From a virus (Duplodnaviria > Caudoviricetes), in the IMG/VR virus record IMGVR_UViG_3300008740_000001, positions 64,001 through 128,000 of that record: a stretch of DNA of 64,000 bases; one strand, written 5' to 3'. The position numbers and the translations under genes are program-made. Shown here in pieces: positions 31,502 through 39,699 of this stretch. The notes under the pieces are model-generated. The model saw nothing but the letters and a program-made list of their open reading frames with translations. It ran no database searches and had not been told where the DNA came from. Position 1 is the first letter of the stretch. Each line of letters begins with the position of its first letter.

Positions 31502-31530
31502 TTGACTCTCAACACTGCATGTGTTAGATT
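31502..31530 (+). promoter_or_regulatory. Sigma70-type early promoter
   Basis: TTGACT (31502-07), 17-nt spacer, TG-n-TAGATT extended -10 (31525-30), A-rich UP-like tract upstream; lies in intergenic gap ahead of replication genes. Confidence 0.75.
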
Positions 31531-31548
31531 ATAGTTACAGGAGAAATT

Positions 31549-31710
31549 ATGACTAAACATCTTAAAGTGTTTTTGAGCGGATTCATCTTAGGCTTGTGTC
31601 TTACTTATGTGTTCGCTTCCGGTGCTTCGGAAGAGATCATCTATATTGATGAAGCAAAGTACAACGACCAGAGTGTAGACAAGTTGGTTGAACTTGAATT
31701 GCCGCAGTGA
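31549..31710 (+). CDS. 53-aa membrane/secreted small protein (not in ORF track)
   Basis: MTKHLKVFLSGFILGLCLTYVFASGASEEIIYIDEAKYNDQSVDKLVELELPQ; SD AGGAGA 31539-44; fills gap between promoter and primase. Confidence 0.65.
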   Translation: MTKHLKVFLSGFILGLCLTYVFASGASEEIIYIDEAKYNDQSVDKLVELELPQ

Positions 31711-31713
31711 TTA

Positions 31714-32640
31714 ATGCACGACAAGATCAAGATCGTCACCCAGATTTTGGGTAGATCGTATACATCTGGCGACGAACGACTGTATTTCTGTCCTTATTGC
31801 AAACACCATAAACGCAAACTGTCGGTTAACATCGAACGAGACGTTTACAAGTGTTGGATATGTGATGCCCGTGGAAGGTCAGTTCGTCGCATTGTCCGCC
31901 GGTTCGGCAATTTCACACAATTGCAAGAGTGGGATGCGCTGCATGGCCGTACTAATTTAAGTGATTTCGATAATCTGTTTTCGGACGACATACCCGAAAG
32001 CGAGATGGTTTTGGATTTGCCAAAGGGTTTTCGAACTCTTGCAACCTCGAATCAGACACTGGTCTCTCTCCCGGCAAAAAGGTACCTAAGAGACCGAGGC
32101 TTGACAAAAGCAGATATTCTTAAGTGGAAGATAGGCTATGTTTTAGACGGCCCATATAAGAACCGGGTTATAGTGCCAAGCTTTAATGCAAATGGAGAAT
32201 TAAATTATTTTGTTGCGCGTTCTTATGTCGGTGATTATAGAAAATATATAAATCCACCGGCTAGCCGCGATATTTGCTTTAATGAACTTTACGTAGACTG
32301 GGACAGCGACTTAGCAATCGTAGAGGGTATCTTTGATGCCTTTGTGGCTGGCAATTCAGTACCGATTCTGGGGTCCAGCTTACGAAAGAATTCGAAGCTA
32401 ATTCGACGCATTGTCGAGAACGATACTCCTGTTTATATCGCGCTAGACGCCGATGCAGAGAAAAAAGCAGCAAAAATAATCCAAACAATGTTACAATGTG
32501 ATATAGAATTGTATAGAATTGATGTTAGCGGCTACGAAGATGTAGGCTCTATGACTAAAGAAGAGTTTGCCGGCAGAAAAGCCAATGCATCACCAGTCGA
32601 TAGTGACAGCCAGCTAATGCAAAGCGTAATGTCCATTTAG
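31714..32640 (+). CDS. DNA primase (T4 gp61/DnaG-like)
   Basis: Zn finger CPYCKH...CWIC; TOPRIM AIVEGIFDA and IALDADA. Confidence 0.9.
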   Translation: MHDKIKIVTQILGRSYTSGDERLYFCPYCKHHKRKLSVNIERDVYKCWICDARGRSVRRIVRRFGNFTQLQEWDALHGRTNLSDFDNLFSDDIPESEMVLDLPKGFRTLATSNQTLVSLPAKRYLRDRGLTKADILKWKIGYVLDGPYKNRVIVPSFNANGELNYFVARSYVGDYRKYINPPASRDICFNELYVDWDSDLAIVEGIFDAFVAGNSVPILGSSLRKNSKLIRRIVENDTPVYIALDADAEKKAAKIIQTMLQCDIELYRIDVSGYEDVGSMTKEEFAGRKANASPVDSDSQLMQSVMSI

Positions 32641-32654
32641 GACAAGGAGAAAAT

Positions 32655-35600
32655 ATGAAACTGGCCCATCTTGCCGATACGCATATTAAGAATTTAAAGT
32701 ACCATTATGAATATAGAGAAGTATTTGCTCAACTATACGAGCAATTGCGTGCCCAAGAAGTAGACTATATTATCCATTGCGGAGACATTGCTCATACCAA
32801 GACGCAAATCTCCCCAGAATTTGTTGAATTATGTTCTGACTTTTTTCGGAACCTCGCTTCTATTGCTCCAACGTATATCATTCTGGGGAACCATGATGGG
32901 AACCTGAAGAACAGTAGCCGTCAGGACGCCTTAACGCCCATTGTAGAGGCTTTGGACCTGCAGCACCTACATCTACTCAAAAACTCTGGAGAGACGGTTG
33001 TAAGCCCGTTCTTGACGCTTAATGTGCTTAGTGTTTTTGATGAAGATAATTGGGTCAAGCCATCAAACCCCGAAACGGTGAACATCGCTCTGTATCACGG
33101 GTCAATTAGTGGGGTTTCTACTGATATTGGCTGGGTTATGGATCATGGCGAGCACGATGTTGGCATCTTTGCCGGCCACGATTACGCCTTTTTGGGTGAC
33201 ATTCATAAGACAAATCAGGTTTTAGATACTGAAGGAAGAGTAAGGTACTGTGGTTCGACAGTTCAGCAGAACCATGGTGAGACGAACGACAAGGGATATC
33301 TGCTTTGGGACATTCAAGACAAAGACACCTTTAAGTGTTCGCATCATGTGTTATCGAACCCGAAGCCTTTTGTAACGATTGAACTTACGCCCAAGGGGCG
33401 AATGCCCAGAGGGACTAGTGTCCCAGAGGGCGCCCGATTGCGCCTAGTAAGTAACAATAATTTGGCCCTATCCCAGATGAAAAAGGCCATCGATGTCGCA
33501 AAGCACAGATTTAAGCCCGAAGCTATTACTTTTCTGAACCGCGCCGCCGGCAAGCGAGGTAATGTCGAGGAGATCACTGATAATCTTAAGATAGAAGACT
33601 TGCGTAATTTGGCCATACAAGAAAGGTTAATCAGAGAGTATCTGAAAGATTACGAAATAGATGAGCCTTTGATGGAAAGAGTGATCCGCTTGAACGCTCA
33701 CTATAATAAGGTTGCTGAGCAGAACGAAGAAGTTGGAAGAAACATCAATTGGAAGCTTCGCAAGGTCGAGTGGGATAATCTGTTTAATTACGGCACCAAA
33801 AATAGTGTTAATTTTACTAATCTTAATGGGATTACAGGTATTTTTGGAAAGAACTATTCTGGCAAGAGCAGTATTATTGACTCCCTATTGTACACTGTTT
33901 TTAACTCCACCTCGAAGAACGAGAGAAAGAATCTCAATATCATTAACCAAAACAGAGATAGCTGTCGAGGCATGGTAGAGATATCAGTGGGCGAAAAGAT
34001 TTATACAATTGAAAGGACTAGCGAAAAATATATTAAAAAGCTTAAAGGTGAAACGACGCTAGAAGCAAAAACAGATGTAGATTTTAGTGTATATTGTCCC
34101 GCCACAGATGTTCGTGAGAGCCTTAACGGACTAAGCAGGATCGAGACAGACAAAAACATTAGAAAGCATTTTGGAACCATGGAAGACTTCTTGTTGTCTG
34201 CAATGGCGAGCCAACATGGCGCCCTGCAGTTTATCAACGAGGGCTCAACAAGGCGAAAAGAGATTTTTGCTAAATTTTTAGATCTAGAAATCTTTGAGAA
34301 GAAATTCAAGCTTTCCAAGGAAGACGCGTCAGATACTCGTGGAGCCCTCCGAAGATTTGAGGGCCGTGACTATGATGAAGAGATTTCCGGCGCACTCCAA
34401 AACCTTACAGAGAACACGGAGAGATTGGAGCAGCAACAGTATGCTTGTGAGACTCTCAAAGGCCAGTTGGCTAGCCTTGACACGGAGTTAGCTACTACAA
34501 ACGCCCTGATTGAGTCTATCCCAGCAGAGATTATTGACGTGGTAGATGTTCGACAAAGACTTAATGATGCAAAGAATAAGCAATTTAGTCTTAAATCAAA
34601 GAATGTAGAGTTAGTTGAGAAAAGAAGGAAGAACGAGGATCTATATTCTAAGATAAATGAATTTCTAGAAACGTTCAACGTAGAAGAGCTTGAAGCCAAG
34701 CAGGCAGAAATTGAAGCATTGTCGCATAGCATTTCTGCACTGGAGTTCGACCGGACAGCTGAGTCGACCGAATTGGAGCGCCATCGCAAGAAAAGCAGTC
34801 TTTTAGAGGGCATTCCCTGCGGGACTTCGTTTCCAAAATGTAAGTTCATCAAAGATGCTCATGTAGCCCAATCAAGAATCCCTATTAGTAAAGAGCAAAT
34901 TCAAGAGATCGATAATCAAATCTTAGCGCTTTCAAAGACTCTAGAAGGATTTGCACCGGCAAAGGTAGAAGAGCATTTGGAGAACTACCGCAAGGTTGTC
35001 GAGAAGAAAACTAATGTTTCCAATACGATAGCCGATCTGAACCTTGAAATAGAAAAGAACAAGCTGGCAAAAGAAAAGGTGTATCACTCAATTAAGTCTT
35101 TGGCTGAAAAACTAGCTGAGTATGATCAAAATAAAGAGGCTATCGAGAACTTAGAAGAACTTGTTACGACTCGTAATAACTTGAATTCTGAAATCAAAAG
35201 TCAAAATATGAAACTTGATGTGTGCGAAGCTACGATTTTAGAACTAGTACGACAAAACGGTTCTCTAGAGCAGAAAGTGGAAACAGTACGACAGAGCAAG
35301 CAGGAACACACAGATCTTCAAGAAGAGTATGCAGCATATGATTTGTTCATGCGATGCATGCATTCTAACGGAATTGCCTATGACGTGATCAAAAGGAAGC
35401 TTCCGGTTATTAACCAAGAGATAGCCAAGGTTTTGGCCAATATTACAAATTTCGAGATTTACTTCGAAGACAATGGCAAAAAGTTTGAAATTTTCATCAA
35501 GCATCCGCGCCACGATCCTCGACCGCTGGAGATGGGCTCTGGTGCCGAAAAGACAATTGCTGCCATGTCAATACGACTGGCCATGTTATCGGTATCTTCG

Positions 35601-35807
35601 TTGCCAAAGGGAGACTTGTTCGTTCTTGACGAACCCGGCACGGCACTCGATGAAGATAACATGGAGGGATTTATTCGTATTTTGGAACTAATTAAGATGT
35701 ACTTTAAAAACGTTTTGTTGATTTCTCACTTGGATTCGCTCAAAGACTGTGTGGACACCCAAATCATGATTGAAAAGAAAAACGGGTACGCAAAAGTTAA
35801 CCAATAA
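32655..35807 (+). CDS. Mre11-Rad50 (SbcD-SbcC, T4 gp47-gp46-like) fusion nuclease/ATPase
   Basis: Phosphoesterase motifs HLADTH, GDIAH, GNHD, GDIHK; Walker A GKNYSGKS; long coiled coil; signature-like MGSGAEK; Walker B FVLDEP; H-loop ISH. Confidence 0.9.
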   Translation: MKLAHLADTHIKNLKYHYEYREVFAQLYEQLRAQEVDYIIHCGDIAHTKTQISPEFVELCSDFFRNLASIAPTYIILGNHDGNLKNSSRQDALTPIVEALDLQHLHLLKNSGETVVSPFLTLNVLSVFDEDNWVKPSNPETVNIALYHGSISGVSTDIGWVMDHGEHDVGIFAGHDYAFLGDIHKTNQVLDTEGRVRYCGSTVQQNHGETNDKGYLLWDIQDKDTFKCSHHVLSNPKPFVTIELTPKGRMPRGTSVPEGARLRLVSNNNLALSQMKKAIDVAKHRFKPEAITFLNRAAGKRGNVEEITDNLKIEDLRNLAIQERLIREYLKDYEIDEPLMERVIRLNAHYNKVAEQNEEVGRNINWKLRKVEWDNLFNYGTKNSVNFTNLNGITGIFGKNYSGKSSIIDSLLYTVFNSTSKNERKNLNIINQNRDSCRGMVEISVGEKIYTIERTSEKYIKKLKGETTLEAKTDVDFSVYCPATDVRESLNGLSRIETDKNIRKHFGTMEDFLLSAMASQHGALQFINEGSTRRKEIFAKFLDLEIFEKKFKLSKEDASDTRGALRRFEGRDYDEEISGALQNLTENTERLEQQQYACETLKGQLASLDTELATTNALIESIPAEIIDVVDVRQRLNDAKNKQFSLKSKNVELVEKRRKNEDLYSKINEFLETFNVEELEAKQAEIEALSHSISALEFDRTAESTELERHRKKSSLLEGIPCGTSFPKCKFIKDAHVAQSRIPISKEQIQEIDNQILALSKTLEGFAPAKVEEHLENYRKVVEKKTNVSNTIADLNLEIEKNKLAKEKVYHSIKSLAEKLAEYDQNKEAIENLEELVTTRNNLNSEIKSQNMKLDVCEATILELVRQNGSLEQKVETVRQSKQEHTDLQEEYAAYDLFMRCMHSNGIAYDVIKRKLPVINQEIAKVLANITNFEIYFEDNGKKFEIFIKHPRHDPRPLEMGSGAEKTIAAMSIRLAMLSVSSLPKGDLFVLDEPGTALDEDNMEGFIRILELIKMYFKNVLLISHLDSLKDCVDTQIMIEKKNGYAKVNQ

Positions 35808-35820
35808 AAAAGGAAACAAA

Positions 35821-36015
35821 ATGATGGCAACAGTAACAGCGAAGCTGGATAGACTAGTCGAGAAAATGATATCTCGCAAATTTATGGTGTGGCTCACGGC
35901 CACCGGATTGATGATCGTGGCCGGTCTGGAATCTAGCGACTGGGTAATCATCTCAGGCATTTATATCGGCTCTCAAGCCGTTATTGACGGGATTACAAAA
36001 ATGAAGGGTGCGTAG
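35821..36015 (+). CDS. Small two-TM membrane protein, holin-like
   Basis: 64 aa from ATG 35821 (SD AAGGA); ISRKFMVWLTATGLMIVAG and WVIISGIYIGSQAVID hydrophobic segments. Confidence 0.5.
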   Translation: MMATVTAKLDRLVEKMISRKFMVWLTATGLMIVAGLESSDWVIISGIYIGSQAVIDGITKMKGA

Positions 36016-36395
36016 TGAAGAAGACAATATTACTGTTTTTGGCCAAACACTGGAAAGAAATCGCATTGATTGTACTTTCTGCAGTGGTGATTGGTAAAAT
36101 GCAATATGATATGAACGAGATGCAGAAGGCATATGCTGCCGCGAAAGAGAGCTATGAACAACAAATTATTGGCTTGACAGAGATCCATGATCGCGAACTG
36201 AAAGAGCGCGAAGAGGCTCTCGCAGATTATGAAAAGCATATCGCCAAGATTGAAAAGGACTATCGAGAAGGCCTGCGCAATGCTGAACGCGATGCTCAAA
36301 GAGATGAACACCGGTATGAGCGCGAACACACAGAGGCCCCAGCAGAATTAATCGCAGAAATTGAAGGCCAATTTGGATTTGAATATGTTGAGTAA
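36015..36395 (+). CDS. N-terminally anchored coiled-coil protein (i-spanin-like)
   Basis: N-terminal TM (IALIVLSAVVIG) followed by charged heptad helix; follows holin-like gene. Confidence 0.5.
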   Translation: MKKTILLFLAKHWKEIALIVLSAVVIGKMQYDMNEMQKAYAAAKESYEQQIIGLTEIHDRELKEREEALADYEKHIAKIEKDYREGLRNAERDAQRDEHRYEREHTEAPAELIAEIEGQFGFEYVE

Positions 36396-36858
36396 AGTGT
36401 TACCAGTCCTAGTTGGTATTCTGTTTTTAAGCACTCCGGCATATGCACAGGATTCGGAAGATACGGCATCGGAATCCGAAGCGCCCAAATTTACAATACT
36501 AGATTATGGCCAACCAGCCCCATTTCGAGGCACTCTATTCGATCCGACTGCGACTGCACAAATTTTGACCTTGAAGCGCCGACTAGGTGTGGAATATCAA
36601 CTAGAGTTAGATTATAGAATTTCGGAGTTAACAGCTACGCATCAGTTAGAGATGACAAATATGCAGTCTAGATACACGGCCCTCGATGAAGAATATCGTC
36701 TCAGAATTGAGGCCAAAGATGGCGAGATCGAGCAATTAAACACTTCCCTGTCCAAGCTGAGTAAAGATAATCGCCATTGGTTTGCCATCGGCGGGTTCGC
36801 TATCGGCGTTGGAGTTACGGTTGGGATTGTATCAGCCATCGCGGGAGCCAGCAAGTGA
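36385..36858 (+). CDS. Signal peptide + coiled coil + C-terminal TM protein (spanin partner candidate)
   Basis: MLSKVLPVLVGILFLSTPAYA-Q signal peptide; C-terminal WFAIGGFAIGVGVTVGIVSAIAG; overlaps 3' end of previous gene. Confidence 0.5.
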   Translation: MLSKVLPVLVGILFLSTPAYAQDSEDTASESEAPKFTILDYGQPAPFRGTLFDPTATAQILTLKRRLGVEYQLELDYRISELTATHQLEMTNMQSRYTALDEEYRLRIEAKDGEIEQLNTSLSKLSKDNRHWFAIGGFAIGVGVTVGIVSAIAGASK

Positions 36859-37257
36859 ATGTCAAAGAAAGATTGGAACAAACTAGCAGCTTTTGAGAAA
36901 GCAATATCAAAAAAATATGGACAGGAGACGATCCAAAATCCCAAGTCGGGATGGGATGAAGAAAAGGAAAAGGAATACATTATACAACAGAAAGAGTTGT
37001 ACGAAAAGGAAATCGAGAGAAGGAGCGACACAGAGAAAATAGACCATGATGGTATTTTAATTTCTAAAAAACTACTTAATAGGGAATCTCGAAGAGCATG
37101 TCCAGTTTGCTATAAAATCTTTTTAAAAGCGATGGATGATGTCTGCTTGACAAAGCATGAATGTTGTTTCGAGTGTTATGTAAAGTGGGTAGAAGGAAGA
37201 GAAGAGAGATGGATAAAAGGATGGAGACCAGATGAAGTTCACGAAGAAACAGATTAA
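36859..37257 (+). CDS. Zn-finger hypothetical protein
   Basis: CPVC...CCFEC motif; 132 aa. Confidence 0.6.
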   Translation: MSKKDWNKLAAFEKAISKKYGQETIQNPKSGWDEEKEKEYIIQQKELYEKEIERRSDTEKIDHDGILISKKLLNRESRRACPVCYKIFLKAMDDVCLTKHECCFECYVKWVEGREERWIKGWRPDEVHEETD

Positions 37258-37516
37258 AAAAATTATTGAAGAAGAGTTAGCGTCTTTTAGTCACGGCTTC
37301 TGGCGTCAAGATTTGAAGGAACTCGATGCTTCTGATATAGAACCACCGGTAGCCTCTACTGGCACCGGCCAAGATGGTGTGGTACTCCGAACCCTAACGC
37401 CGGAGCAGAGCGCAGATGTGGAGAACATGGCGGACGCTATTAAAGCAATGGCTCAACAAGACAAAGAGCAAATTGAAGTTATTTTGGCCCAATTGAGTAC
37501 TGAAGCTCTGAGTTAA
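37232..37516 (+). CDS. Small acidic hypothetical protein, possibly head-internal
   Basis: 94 aa; SD GGAGA; N-terminus MKFTKKQIKKIIEEEL. Confidence 0.55.
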   Translation: MKFTKKQIKKIIEEELASFSHGFWRQDLKELDASDIEPPVASTGTGQDGVVLRTLTPEQSADVENMADAIKAMAQQDKEQIEVILAQLSTEALS

Positions 37517-37540
37517 CTAATTATAAAAGAATACTACTTA
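37517..37540 (+). promoter_or_regulatory. Tandem CTAHTTA motifs
   Basis: CTAATTA 37517 and CTACTTA 37534 in intergenic gap. Confidence 0.55.
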
Positions 37541-37559
37541 TTTAAAGGAAGCGAATATT

Positions 37560-38096
37560 ATGGCAACAACTATAGAAATTATCCAAGGAATTCAGCAGGC
37601 CGCCGCCAACGCTTATGACGGTGCACTGGACGAGAATGGCGATCTAGTAAAGGTCGGCTTGAAGAGAGAAGAAGGCAACCCGCTTTTGGACAAGAGAGTG
37701 ATGGATGGATTCAATGTTTCCTTCTATGGCAACAAGTTGTGCCTTTCTTACCACTCGGAGATTCAATTGAAGGAAGTTTATGGCAACAGCTTCGAATCAG
37801 ACATCGAACAAATGTTGGAAGATGTAGCAAGCTTTTTGCGTAAAGAATATAAGAAGGTGACTGGCGAAAGTTTGTCTTTGAAGGGCTTGGGCGAAGTCGA
37901 TATTCTTGTACAGAACACCTCTAGAGTAAGGTCTTGGGTGCAGGCGAAAAAGCATTATGAGATTGGCTCGCTTAACGAAGTGGAGTCCGTCCCCGGATCT
38001 GACGAAACACCCCAGCAGCGCAAAATAGATCCAGAATTCGAAAAGTTTCTCGCTCTTGGCGGCTTGGGCAAGAAGGCCAAAAACGATAAGCGCTAA
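37560..38096 (+). CDS. Hypothetical protein upstream of terminase
   Basis: 178 aa; SD AAGGAAG; two CTAHTTA motifs upstream. Confidence 0.6.
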   Translation: MATTIEIIQGIQQAAANAYDGALDENGDLVKVGLKREEGNPLLDKRVMDGFNVSFYGNKLCLSYHSEIQLKEVYGNSFESDIEQMLEDVASFLRKEYKKVTGESLSLKGLGEVDILVQNTSRVRSWVQAKKHYEIGSLNEVESVPGSDETPQQRKIDPEFEKFLALGGLGKKAKNDKR

Positions 38097-38113
38097 TTAT
38101 AAAATGGCGAACA

Positions 38114-39697
38114 ATGGCAAAACTGTCCAAAAATCAACAAATCAAAGAAATATTAAAGTGTGGTAAAGACCCAAGTTATTTTTTAAGAAACTATGCCAAG
38201 ATATCTCATCCGCTACATGGTCTAATACCATTTAAAACTTATGATTTCCAAGACGACCTTTTATGTGATTTTAACGATTATCGTTTTAATGTTATTCTGA
38301 AAGCACGTCAGCTTGGAATATCCACTATCACGGCCGGATACATTGTTTGGCTGATGATGTTTCATCGGGATAAAAATGTTTTAGTCATGGCCACAAAGTT
38401 TGGCACAGCCGCCAACCTAGTCAAAAAGGTAAAAGCAATTGTCCAGCATATTCCGCCATGGCTAAAGATTACAGATATCAAAATAGACAACAGAACGTCC
38501 TTTGAGCTGTTAAACGGCTCTCAGATTAAAGCCTCTTCGACCTCTTTCGATGCCGGTCGTTCAGAGGCTCTTTCTTTGTTGGTCATTGACGAGGCGGCGC
38601 ACGTAGAGGGTTTAGAAGAATTGTGGACCGGTTTGTACCCTACGCTGTCGACTGGTGGCCGCTGCATTGCTCTATCAACCCCAAATGGTGTGGGTAACTG
38701 GTTTCACCAAACTTATATCGATGCTGACGAAGAGATTAATGATTTCCATCCAACGTGTTTGCGCTGGGATGTTCATCCTGATCGCGACGTAGATTGGTTT
38801 GAACGCGAAACGCGTAACATGTCCAGACGCCAGATTGCTCAAGAATTAGAATGTAATTTCAATACTTCTGGAGACAGTGTGATCCATCCAGATGACATAT
38901 CTATTCTTGTTGAGAACATTCGCGAGCCACAGTATAGAACCGGATTTGACAGGAATTATTGGATCTGGGAAGAGTACATGACCGAGGCCTCCTACCTGTT
39001 GGTGGCAGATGTCGCTCGCGGTGACGGCGCAGATAGTTCTGCTTTCCACATTATAAAACTAGAAACGATGGAAATTGTTGCAGAATATAAAGGAAAACCT
39101 ACAATTGATGCGTATTCTAGGATATTATATGATGCAGGTCTTGAATATGGTCGATGCCTTTTGGTGGTGGAGAACGTTGGAGTTGGATACTCGGTGTTAG
39201 AAAAGCTTATAGAACTAGAGTATCCCAATTTATATTATTCTGTCAAGTCTACGCACGAGTTTGTGGAGCAATACCAAGCAGAAGTCATGTCTAACGCAGT
39301 CGCCGGTTTTACCACTTCTACAAAAACTAGACCATTAGTTATTGCAAAACTGGAGGAATTCATTAGAAATAAACTAATTAAGATATATTCCGAAAGAACT
39401 GTGGAGGAACTTAAAACATTTATTTGGTATAATGGCAAGCCACAGGCTATGAGGGGCTACTCTGATGACCTAACCATGGCATTGGCAATTGCGTGCTGGG
39501 TTAGAGATACAGCCCTAACAGTAAACCAGCGAAATGTTGAATATCAGAAGGCCTTTTTGAGTTCGATCCAAACCACTAGTAGAAAAATGAACACTACAAT
39601 TGCAGGGATGGAAGGACACAAGCGCTCCAAGGGCGACAGAATAACCGAGGAAGAGAAAAAGAGAATGAAAGAATTTATGTGGGTATATAAAGGATAA
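38114..39697 (+). CDS. terL: Terminase large subunit (T4 gp17-like)
   Basis: KARQLGIST Walker A, LVIDEAAH Walker B, LSTPNG motif III, nuclease ADVARGDGADSS and DDLTMAL. Confidence 0.95.
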   Translation: MAKLSKNQQIKEILKCGKDPSYFLRNYAKISHPLHGLIPFKTYDFQDDLLCDFNDYRFNVILKARQLGISTITAGYIVWLMMFHRDKNVLVMATKFGTAANLVKKVKAIVQHIPPWLKITDIKIDNRTSFELLNGSQIKASSTSFDAGRSEALSLLVIDEAAHVEGLEELWTGLYPTLSTGGRCIALSTPNGVGNWFHQTYIDADEEINDFHPTCLRWDVHPDRDVDWFERETRNMSRRQIAQELECNFNTSGDSVIHPDDISILVENIREPQYRTGFDRNYWIWEEYMTEASYLLVADVARGDGADSSAFHIIKLETMEIVAEYKGKPTIDAYSRILYDAGLEYGRCLLVVENVGVGYSVLEKLIELEYPNLYYSVKSTHEFVEQYQAEVMSNAVAGFTTSTKTRPLVIAKLEEFIRNKLIKIYSERTVEELKTFIWYNGKPQAMRGYSDDLTMALAIACWVRDTALTVNQRNVEYQKAFLSSIQTTSRKMNTTIAGMEGHKRSKGDRITEEEKKRMKEFMWVYKG

Positions 39698-39699
39698 AC

